Assembly: GCA_023334545.1 (NCBI GenBank)
Contig: JAADVB010000016.1
Span: 1-64,000, forward strand
From: Salisapilia sapeloensis CBS 127946
Taxonomy: Eukaryota; Protista; Oomycota
DNA: 64,000 nt
Direction of reading: 5' to 3'
In this document: positions 10,601 through 19,938 of the stretch, piece by piece
Layout of the letters: the number at the start of each line of letters is the position of its first letter
How positions within the stretch are numbered: position 1 is the first letter of the stretch
Program-made: the position numbers and the translations under genes
Notes under the pieces: model-generated
Told to the model about the DNA's origin: nothing
Databases searched by the model: none
Seen by the model: the letters and a program-made list of their open reading frames with translations, nothing else

Positions 10601-12133
10601 AAGGAGCTTGTGGCCATGATACGTGATCGACAGAAACGTTTCCAGTCATTGTTGACTGCATCTCGACTGACACTCGTCGGCGGGAGTCGTATGCGGAATA
10701 TCCGACTGCCTGCAAAGAGTCGACAGCGGTTCGTGGTAGCTTTCACACCGAGTGCTGATGACTCGGAGAGCATTGCACCAGGCACGTTGCGTATGGAAAA
10801 ACACAAGGTCTTCTTGACGCTACCACCTGGTGGAAATAAGAAGGCTGTCGCGGATAACACTGCACCGAGTCAAGTGAAGACGACATGGGCGACGGTGCGT
10901 CATCCGTTTGACTCTCGACCGTCCGTCCGAGAACTGCTGGTAAAAGGTCGTGTCTGTCGATCCGTCTTGGATGTGAATCAGAAGAATATCAACTTTGGAC
11001 GCATGACGGCTGGATCGAAAAGCTCCAAGCGTGTTATTGTGCGCAATCTAAGTGCCGTCCCGCTCGTATATGACGTCGAGAAGACTGGATCGATCTCGTC
11101 TGGGTTCCTGCAGATTAAAAAAGGACAAGTCGGTGTCGTCGAAGCGTTTGGTACGCGCGACATCTCGTTTGAATTTCAACCGACACTAGCTGGTCCATTT
11201 GAAGAACGATTGCGTATCGTCAACGTCCAGGATGAAGATAACTTTGTCTCGGTGACGATTAAAGCCAAGGTTGTCAAGCAAGAAACATTCAAACTGCCGC
11301 AAGCAGGACGTATCTTTTCGTTAGGCAAATGTCTTTCAGGTGAAAAGACGTCGAGTGTTAAAGTGTCTATTCGCAATACGAGTCACAAGAAACGGGAGTA
11401 CGTCATCCAGGCCGATGCAGCGTCCTTCCAGAGCGCAGATAAGCTACGTCCGACGTTCTACTTTAGTGTCGATGAAGCTCCTTCGACTAGTATCACACAA
11501 GCACAGGAGCAAAAGCTCGATGAAGACTTGGAGAAACTAGAACACAAGCTACGCATCGCTCAGACGAAGAACAAGACAGACAAGATCGTCAAGCTGTCCG
11601 CCAAGATCTCACGTGTCACGGCATTGCTCAACGGAGAGGAGGTGCCGGGAGAATCGACTGACGGTAAGGACTTTGAAAGTGCGAGCGAGACGGCCAGTGT
11701 GCTGGAAGACGAAGGCAGGCAGATTGAAGATGCGGTCAACTCTCTTCACTTTACGCTGGATGCCGAGGCAACAGGCCGGATTGTCGTCTACGCTGTCTTT
11801 CATCCGGAAGGAGAAGAAGGCGAACGGAAAGGAGAGCAGCCGAGGAGTCAGTGGACGAAGAGGAGGCAATTTAGGAGACACGAGACGCCAAGGAGTTGTG
11901 AGGGTAAGCTCTTGCTGTTTGAGCAGAAGAACAAGGACGTTGTGAAAGAGCTGCAGTACAAGGCCGAGGTCTATATGAAATCGCAAGTTGGAGAGAAAGC
12001 GTATGCTCGTGCTGTTGAGAGGGAAAAGGAAGCGAATGTTGCGACTAGTGGAGTCCGGGCACCTGCGACGAATGAGGTGAAGGACAGCGAAGACAATGGG
12101 AAGAAAGAGCGAGAAGAGGATGCACAGAGATGA
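7607..12133 (+). CDS. 1508-aa protein with about six ASH/PapD-like Ig-fold modules and low-complexity acidic and Ser/Arg linkers; function unknown
   Basis: Uninterrupted ORF with recurring module starts LHFDDC..IWNRS, LDFGDC..IRNTT, LHLGGC..VTNHS, LSFDHI..LENVT, INFGRM..VRNLS, FSLGKC..IRNTS. Confidence 0.85.
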   Translation: MRKKLGSKLEVTRIDHRGQRQVLDNARPVKLGDIYLNDLSVLQQLELRNLTDESLVVGLQTELEPPFDTSYASLQLENENLELTQEFSTSHVNCPNDKTLPDCMLQRESEDQLQSFHTYLHDSYNELFNHIGATDEVTLGPKEKKMIYFSLCTKRNAKHNENTGDKSRDVEDITWSSLLGSLFLTTKTNQKDSQEIVVPLQARVCRSMLRLDVKELHFDDCVPGGAFEKEFTIWNRSEIPLFFKLVTPLTVSDEEKQILSCFEQSSGLPIADRILKADAHGSVTIKVSFHPTDVGERYFEIHVQNLHDSRNVKILDVHTVTNEEHHREGLSIRNEDGITLVSGDNLDFGDCYAGLAASKTLLIRNTTASTLHVELSSERPKEITFELKPLQNREPTARSKHLDEPLSPMLSPELVPSTRAQSPDAQKSGGNDMAGTSFSNLDTLPALGVGDSDEEVEEDDDINLYEDDFLQPKRNSFEETAMEDADVDDDFEFDREPRGRQHDYSPTKDSDESRDTWTRTSHRGSDTSKMSRQASRNHDLGYDDSRSMDDDSRPTSPETRASTPDEGVSSAANFLVETIDVNPGVERTILVWYCPPPAPFDAENADTMDVKGGRLTKQHFRVQFRCFEHQGPWDQAQNRVYDRTLGKSLDVRARTCTSLVTVTPSTLHLGGCNIGELKSSSCVVTNHSELPTTIKPIVTSKVVSTVPNDELELLPKQSAELKVELIPRKTNRNYSRLISVVNLKNKANAPQICVRSSNMEAHHVIYHSLFYRLLTSSNTAILSFDHIALNSIGLQVFALENVTNAPLRLSLQSSDQSRVKLYWVQPPVSEQEQRGRSSLERRQPPSGSLPPGSSRPQRLQNSERSGTSASSPGTKSLFSQRRVRRRRSLGSISELQKSSRKKPSSLKTYLSRNNNATSADKSTDSSDTSVRKKGRTRDSFSERPPSDRLTRSSTSSQSSDTSLDTSNDELTALLQLFESSKHECEAYCQSNVTSYEREKELVAMIRDRQKRFQSLLTASRLTLVGGSRMRNIRLPAKSRQRFVVAFTPSADDSESIAPGTLRMEKHKVFLTLPPGGNKKAVADNTAPSQVKTTWATVRHPFDSRPSVRELLVKGRVCRSVLDVNQKNINFGRMTAGSKSSKRVIVRNLSAVPLVYDVEKTGSISSGFLQIKKGQVGVVEAFGTRDISFEFQPTLAGPFEERLRIVNVQDEDNFVSVTIKAKVVKQETFKLPQAGRIFSLGKCLSGEKTSSVKVSIRNTSHKKREYVIQADAASFQSADKLRPTFYFSVDEAPSTSITQAQEQKLDEDLEKLEHKLRIAQTKNKTDKIVKLSAKISRVTALLNGEEVPGESTDGKDFESASETASVLEDEGRQIEDAVNSLHFTLDAEATGRIVVYAVFHPEGEEGERKGEQPRSQWTKRRQFRRHETPRSCEGKLLLFEQKNKDVVKELQYKAEVYMKSQVGEKAYARAVEREKEANVATSGVRAPATNEVKDSEDNGKKEREEDAQR

Positions 12134-13477
12134 TAATGACTTTAAAATGGAAGTGAACGAGTACTTGGCTTTTGTGGATTTGCTGTACTACTGGTACTAT
12201 TTACGCTTGATGCAATAGATGTTTAAAATGAATGAGCTGATAATGGACACGGTGTGGCAGGGTCGTGTTCGATGTATGAGTGACTTCGATGTTGTTTAGA
12301 CCACTTTAGTCGGGATAACGATTTGCAGGTTAGGTCAGCGATATCAAGAGCACAGTTTGAACAAAGTTACAACTCGACCAATGTTTTTAACATCTTTCAC
12401 CTTCTTACTCCAATCTACCATTGCCAGTTCAAAGTGATTTATCAAATCAACAACTTTTGGAAGGATGGTATCTTGGCCTGTAGAAATGTCAAATTGCTAC
12501 ATTAAATCTGCACCACCACTTGGTATAAGCAAGAATATGCATGACGTACTTTGCAAGCATATATCTTGTATCTAAAAGCATCTATAGCAAAATTACCAAC
12601 TCGAACATTGGTCGTGGCTAAAAACTACTAACGGTAAACGAGCTTGTTTTATAAATGCTTCTAGTTATGGTAGGAGACCAGACCTAGATGAGCGAGTACT
12701 ACAATATTTTGGTTTAATGACATCCATGTTTGATGGACATTTGGATGTCACGGAATTGTGTGATGGATTTGTCCATCGAAAATGAAGGATTGTGATAACC
12801 CTAGCTCCATAAATTAATTTTATAGATAAAAGTATACTTCATTTGTTTCCATCTTTTCTATTGGAGACCACGATACATTATTAATATTACTATTATAAGT
12901 GTGTGGTATATTGCGTTATGTCTACTGAAGTAGAAGCAGCGATCACTAATACCCAATTCCTGGAAGGAGGTACATCTAGGACATTACAAGCAATGATTGG
13001 AGATCATGACATGCTAAGGCTGGTGTCTCTCTTCCAGTTGGGCCGTTCGAATTTTTGCAGCAAATAAATTCGTGAACGACACATATCAGAAGTTATATGA
13101 TAATGCTGGAATTGGAGATGTGAGAGATAGATCTGGAGATGCTGGAGAAGCCGCATGGCCAAAGTCTCCTATGCTTGTTGATGTGGTCAAGACTCTTAAT
13201 CACTGTAGAAGGAGATTCGACAGTACCAAGTCCAACCACAATAGCTTTGACCCTTCAGTTGTTTCGGATGTCGTGAGCTAAACCGTAGTAATCAAATTTT
13301 ACTTCTATTGTATTGGGTGTACGATTTTGATTAGATTTATGTGATGTCTTAGTAAACGATAAAGACGGAAGATATGAAATCGACGATGTATTAAACAAGT
13401 TTTACATCTTATAGCCACAGTTAAAGTTTGCACTTGGCGAGAACCTTACAATGTAGGCATATAGATCTGATTTCGCA

Positions 13478-14430
13478 TTAGTGAATGCATCCAGTGCACA
13501 ATAGACCGATGCAAAAAGTCGAGTGCACTGCAGCGTGGTCAGACACCGAGTATCCATCGAAAGTATCTGTGATAATACCCCCTCCCAATAAACATGAGTT
13601 ATGGTCATCACGAGCTAAAATGTAGTCCAGTTTCGAGCCTGTGGGTCTGTTCCCAAACGATCCGCCAATGAACGTAGGCCCTCCAGCGCCAGCAGCAGGT
13701 AGTGATTGATACAACGGAATTGGCGTATACTGACCATTATAGGCAGAGTTTCCACTCAAGTACTTCACTGAGCCTTCCTCTGGCGGAGCATTTAAATCAC
13801 CAGTCATGAAAACGGCATCTGTGGTGGCACAAATATCTTGTAAACGATTGGCGACCAAAACTGAGGATTCGAGATGACGATAATTAATGTCATAGTGAGT
13901 GTTGAGGAGGCAAACGACCGATCCGCTCCCAATATCTAAAAAGCGAGCAACCGTTGCAACGCGAAGGTACTCGAGTCCCCATCCGTTGGATCCCAAAGAC
14001 TCCGGCGTGTCACTCTATAAATTACAAGGTTTCCATGTCAATAAAGTGTATAATCACCGAGAGCAGTAAGGAGGCTTACCAAAGCGAACGTATAGCCGTT
14101 AATATAAGTCCATGTCAGCGGGTTGTAAAAGATGGCTGGACGTTCATTCCACGTGCAATCTCCAGCACATTCACCAAACATAGCCCAGCCTAGACTTCTC
14201 AAATAGTCTGTTTGATCTGGAGCGCCTTCTTGTGTACCAATGAAGTCCGGATTATACTTCTCTAGCAGTTTTCGAACTCGATCTCGGCGTTCATTCCAGC
14301 AGCCAGAAGGACAAGGATCATTCGCAATTGTCGTCCTGAGGTTCAAGCTCATTATATGAACTTGACCAAAAGCCGCTTGAGCTACATGAAATAATGCAGT
14401 GGTGGCGAAGAGAAATGATTTAAGCTCCAT
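13478..14430 (-). CDS. Secreted endonuclease/exonuclease/phosphatase (EEP) family protein; 2 exons
   Basis: Signal peptide followed by IMSLNLR, FIGTQEG, FALSDTPE (across intron 14079-14015), NTHYD, MTGDLNA, LDYILAR, SDHAAV. Confidence 0.9.
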
Positions 14431-14452
14431 CTTGCAAGTCGAGAAATGAAAC
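14431..14452 (-). promoter_or_regulatory. INR+FPR-like core promoter of the EEP gene
   Basis: Minus strand TTCATTTCTCGACTTGCAAG directly before the ATG. Confidence 0.5.
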
Positions 14453-16115
14453 GCGTTATAGTAAATCGAGAGAGACCCGTATCTTTTACTTGCCTTTCGT
14501 TACTCCACGGGCAACTGAATGAATAAGGCTAGATTGAGAGTGTACAAGACATTAGAAATCTGCTTAAGAAGCTACTTTACACTGTAGGCTGTACCGCACG
14601 CCTAAGTTACACATGACTCACCATCGCTAATATGGTGAAGATACCAGATCAGAATTTGGTTCAGCTTCAATCCGGTTGTAGATCAGTATGGGCAGAAACA
14701 ATGAACCAATATGGAAGAAGGTATGCATAGGCTATGTATATTTTATTCAATAAGGCTATGTGTGTTGGCGGGAAAACTATCCAAAGCTGTACTTGACAAA
14801 CTCTCACGTTTCAATTTTCAAATTTTGATGAACGAGGCTAGACCACGCTTTCACAAATCTTTCCGCTAGCAATAGCTTAAATACTTCTTGCTGCGCGCTT
14901 TAAGTCAGTCTGACGACAAGGACAATAAACTTTAAAAGAGTACGTATAATTGAGATAAACGAAGAATCAGCGTAAATAATAGAGATCAGAGTTGCCAATA
15001 ACGCCGCTTAAACTGTGGCTTTGCTGTTGCTGTGTTCCACGCATAATTTCTGCTTTTGCTTAGGTATAGTTCAAGCCACCTCTAGTACTGGCTTTGTATA
15101 TTTTTAGACAAAAGGAACAACTATTCAAATGGTATCTTCCTCCCTTTTTCAACACAAAGAATGAGCAGCTCGGTTTATTCATTGCGAAACTGTGAACGAA
15201 ATGGCAACTAGAGGTCAATATTGGTTAGCTTTGAAGCGGTTGCCCGCTCGGAAAAAAGTTTTGCTTTATAACATTGGCTTACCTCTTATTAAGAAAATGG
15301 ACTCGAGATTCCCGTAGACTTGACGCTTCGCATGTCGTGATCGGAAACTAGCAATTGAACAAGTATTTCTCTTTTAAGACATTTATAGTATTAGTGGAAG
15401 TAGAAGCTTTCAAAAAGAACATAATTACAATACTTTCATTCGAAATGGCATCCAAGCTTGGTGGGTTGTGCAATCACGGAATTGTGGACTGGGTTTGTCT
15501 ATCCAAGGCGATGGGTTGTACCAAACCTAGCCCTTTTACTTTACTTCAACAGATAAAACTATACCTATCTTTATCTTCTTTGTAGTAGATCAAGGCATAA
15601 CCAAAGTTGCTTTCCTCGGACAATTACATATCTTGTAAAACCGCAAACACACATAATCGCGTGCGACAATAGACTTCCGGTGAATGCAATCTATCCACAA
15701 TATATCGTGTCAGCTAGTAAGTCAGTCGACATAAATTGTGAATCTGCGGCCTTTGTGGCCACAAGAATGAAGTTGAAGTGTGCATAAAATATCAGCGTAA
15801 GCAGCTCTCCATAATATGTTCATCTCATGTTTAATTTTGGTTGTTCTATATACCTACTTATTATGGTGAGCTCCCTAGGAAGTTTGGTGGGAGATGTCGA
15901 GGCGCTGAAGGTGGTAGGAAGTGCTCGTAAATTGTTTAAACGACGATATTTTTCGTAAACGATACGCAGACATAGACGTATCGAATTATCTGTATCCATG
16001 TCAAGTATCTGACTGACATGTCGCTGAATTCGCAACGGTGTCTGTCAAACACAGCTAGGCATGTGCACCAATGCACAGATGTTCTAGTCAGCTTACCATG
16101 AAAGTGTGAAAATCT

Positions 16116-16132
16116 ACTCACTTGCACATTTG
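16116..16132 (+). promoter_or_regulatory. INR+FPR core promoter of the receptor-like gene
   Basis: ACTCACTTGCACATTTG, 20 nt upstream of ATG 16153. Confidence 0.6.
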
Positions 16133-16152
16133 ACGGGAACGACAGAAGCAGG

Positions 16153-17596
16153 ATGTCCTTGAATGGGAGATTAGCCATTCTAATTTGTATTTGCTTGCTC
16201 GTTGTCGTAACCTGCAAGTGCAATTTTGAGATAAACAAGCTCACGTACAAATGTGACGGCCGATGTGATGGCTATGACGCATGCATCGTTTACGACCGAC
16301 TATCAATGAGCGACACGGACGGATGTCGAAGACGTGTCACAAAGGATCGGTCCCAGAATATATCCTATGCTTCAGGAGATTGTCAGACTCCAGACGATTC
16401 GGGCTGTGTATTCCAGTGCTTCCATCTCTTCGATGCCAAAAAGGGCATATTCAACTTAACTTTTCTCCAGAGCGAACAGAACGAATCTACGGCACCGAAC
16501 ACGCCATGGATCGCTAAACCGTACGTCAAATATGTGGATGTTCGGATTCCTGATTACATCGACACGCTGTACGTATATTTTTATATTTTAAATATACTTT
16601 AAAGGTAATCTGTACTAATGAAGTATCCAACAGGAAGATGTTTTATAATACGCAAGGAGATCCATTCGATCGCATGGAGTTAAATATCTCTTTTGAATCT
16701 ATCGCATCTGGAAGAAATTTAGAGACCATCTATTTCGATGGCATTCAATTCCTTTCCGAGAAAGCATTCGGACAATATTCCATGCCGAATTGGAACATGG
16801 TTCTAGGCGGCAAGTCTATCAAAAGCTTTACTATGAAGGAGACCCTAGTAAGGGATATAATGGGGGGATCGTTCTTGCGTGACGCGCGCTTTATGTAATT
16901 TTACATGAAAGCATAAAACCAGGAAATCTTCAGGAGATTAACTGTTATATGTATTACAGAGATCTCAGTGGTAGCACTCTTCTTGATATCCCACCGAATT
17001 TACACATGGACAACGCTCGCACGGTGTATGGAACAGAACGTCCACTACTGTACGAGGAAATTAATGTGACTGTGTTACCATAGAGTGCTGAGAAGCGCGG
17101 TAAATATAATTCCGCAAGCTCTTGCCAGCGCAAAGCACCTAAGATTACTGTACGTACCCCCGGTATACTGGTTTAAATGCAATATTAACACGCGTGTCTG
17201 AATGAAAATGATAGACGATTGACGGATCCTAAGCAGTTGGTGGCAAACATTTCCAGCTACAACCGTAGCGTGACACCCGAATTATATGATGTATTGAACA
17301 ACGCGAGGCTAGTGATGGATAAAGAGTGGACATCCAGTGATTTCGATTGCGAAGATGGCCATATCAAAACTATTGAGGGTACTTCATACAAAGTATGCGT
17401 GTTGGGTGAGGGGGGTATGTCGATCAGAACTATCCTAGGGATTGTCGCTTTAGCACTTCTTGCCGGCATCATGATTGTCGTCTTTATCTTATATCTACTA
17501 AGACGAAAGAAGCGAATGCCAGCAAATCATCATAACGACACCATGACTATGGAAAATGACCCTACCCAACCATTCCCAAGTGGAGACAGAGCATAG
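16153..17596 (+). CDS. Type I membrane receptor-like protein (signal peptide, Cys-rich N-terminus, short LRR-like exons, TM, short tail); possibly frameshifted at exon 5
   Basis: Introns 16569-16633, 16895-16959, 17026-17083 and 17150-(17214 or 17256). LRR-like IDLSGSTLLDIPPNL and IIPQALASAKHLRLL; TM ILGIVALALLAGIMIVVFILYLL followed by RRKKR; stop 17594-17596. Confidence 0.75.
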
Positions 17597-19174
17597 AGCA
17601 TCGTTCCATTCCACTTGCGTATTCCAAGGTCATATTACTTTTCAAATAAACCTTCTCTCTTTTACCAACTCACTCTATATGTTAATACAAAGCTTCAAAC
17701 GCCTATATCCGAGTCTTGCCTAGAAGCAGCGAGCTGTCTCACGGTGCAATCTGACCGTACTACTTTCCGCTATGCTCTATCGTTGAATAATAGCTTCCAG
17801 TACAAGCCGCTTTCCAAACCATCAACCATGTTTCCGACCAAGTTAGACATCTCAAAGTTTTGCTCTGACACAGGATGATCATTTTCAACTATCAGTTATC
17901 AACTAGTAATTGCTCGCGCTTAGTTCATGCGTATTGTGTACAATCCAAGAGCTCTTGCTTATCGGTACTCATTGTTGTGTTATTTGATCACTCTGACTCA
18001 CTTATTTTCTTTTGACCTGTTGCTGGACTGACCATACCCAACCGTGATACTTTACGTTTGTTTTTAACTGCTCCTGTCACCCAATTTTATTGTAGAAACA
18101 ATGATTTAGCTTCATTTAAAGTAGAGCTAAATGATTCTAATGAAAACTTAGTACACATATATATTCCATGCGACATAAAGTATTTATATGTACAAAGTAG
18201 CACGTCCGGACAGTAGCATAGTGGTTTTCCGTTCCCTGCTATAAGTTCATCGTCTAGGATATCGCCTGAGCTCGCCTAAAATCACGTATTGGTATAGCGG
18301 AGAAAAAGACGCAGTTGTTGCTACGGATATGGTGGCTATGACATTTCAAGGTATACTTGAAATGAAGTCTCACTTGCTGCATCGTGCTGTAACCATACGG
18401 CAAGCTAAAACGCTAATAATGCTGCCCTCGGTTCATCACTGTTTTGTTTAGCATTGGCCACAACCACCTTCCTATTCGGCATCTTTTCTCGAGTGTCCAT
18501 GCATTCTAAGAATTCAATACATTTTATGATTTGCTGGAAGCGGTATGGTAACCCAGAGTCTATCGACTGCTTATTGACCTCGAAGCTTGGTACTTGTGGC
18601 TCTTTGCGCAAGATCTAGATGAGCTAGTCGATTTACATTTGGCGAAAGAGCAAGGGACAATGAGCTTTTCAAAAGCAACACTAAAATACTTTGCGGGCTA
18701 CAGCTAGTCACGGCCACAAACGACCACATCAATACACCGCCATACAAACTTTAAAAGCACAAGCTATCGGGATGAAGAAAGATAACCGAAGTTGCTGTAA
18801 TGACGGAGATGTCTACTAAGCTCAATATCCTGTGTTTTAAATGTAGCTCCCAAATAAGCCTTGCTTGCGGAAGAAATTATCCTCGCCCAACCTTATCTAT
18901 CATTAGTCGTTCAACCAACTGCAGCAATTACCGTCACGCGATGACCAAAGCATAGAACAGGATATCTTTACAGGTCGTATCCGATACGTGGCCAAAGTTT
19001 GCTCCATTCCAACTGCTATACAAAATTTCCAATTTCGCAATAAGCAAAATATATTTTCCATCGATGATTTGTGTCACAGTTGTCTTGTAAGTCGTCTATT
19101 ACATGTTCAGCACCACGGCTTCTTCTATAGATGTCTATCCGGCCGACGAGGCGCTTCCCTCGGCTTCAATCTAT

Positions 19175-19191
19175 GCCATTTCAGAATTCGC
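19175..19191 (+). promoter_or_regulatory. INR+FPR core promoter supporting a start at ATG 19193
   Basis: GCCATTTCAGAATTCGC immediately before ATG 19193; the ORF-track start at 19103 lies upstream of it. Confidence 0.55.
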
Positions 19192-19192
19192 G

Positions 19193-19906
19193 ATGCTAGT
19201 GCTCATCGCTGTTGCTGGTGCCATTACTGCTGGCGCCTCAGTCGCTTACTTCCAACCGTCTTGTTTCATCCGTCTCCTTAAGAGATACTCTTCACCCACG
19301 GTTCTGTGGAACGTAGCAACGAAGGATCCTGTCTGCTCTCTCACGATAGATGATGCGCCCACGCCGTCCACTCCGGCCATTCTTGACGTGCTGAAAAAGC
19401 ATGATGTGAAAGCTACCTTCTTCCTTATCTCAGGACAGATCCCGGGGAATGAGCACGTCGTTCGTCGCATGCTGGATGAAGGGCATGCCCTAGGCAATCA
19501 CTTAACCGAAGACTCAGCTAGTATCAAAGACTCTCTCCATGCCTTTGAAGAGAAGCTCGTCAAGTGCGACGCTGTTATCTCCAACTTTTATGCCAAAGCC
19601 AGTGATCAGGTCACGCGAAAGACCAAGTGGATGCGTCCTGCATCTGGGTGGTTCACTAACGCCATGAAGACTGTCATTAAAAAGCATGGTTATCGTATTT
19701 GCCTAGGCTCCGTCTACCCTCACGACGCCCAAATCCACTCCGAACGCATTAATTCGTGGTACCTTCGGAATAGGACAACTCCAGGCAGTGTCATCATCGT
19801 GCACGATCGACCGTGGACGATCAACGTCCTCGAAAATGCCTTACCAGCCATCCCTTTCAACTTTCTCTTCTTAGACGAACTGGAAGAATATGTGAAAAAG
19901 CACTAA
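19193..19906 (+). CDS. Polysaccharide (chitin) deacetylase, CE4/NodB homology, with N-terminal hydrophobic anchor
   Basis: LTIDDAP (motif 1), KATFFL, GHALGNH, RPASG, IIVHDR; N-terminal LVLIAVAGAITAGASVAYF. Confidence 0.9.
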   Translation: MLVLIAVAGAITAGASVAYFQPSCFIRLLKRYSSPTVLWNVATKDPVCSLTIDDAPTPSTPAILDVLKKHDVKATFFLISGQIPGNEHVVRRMLDEGHALGNHLTEDSASIKDSLHAFEEKLVKCDAVISNFYAKASDQVTRKTKWMRPASGWFTNAMKTVIKKHGYRICLGSVYPHDAQIHSERINSWYLRNRTTPGSVIIVHDRPWTINVLENALPAIPFNFLFLDELEEYVKKH

Positions 19907-19938
19907 GACTTGTTCGATTACATCTACAACGACGTTTT

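Noticed and set aside
17597-18611. Possible kinase domain continuing the 16153 receptor
   Set aside because: I found no GxGxxG, HRD or DFG-type motifs in the frames I read, and the 18405-18611 ORF is on the wrong strand.
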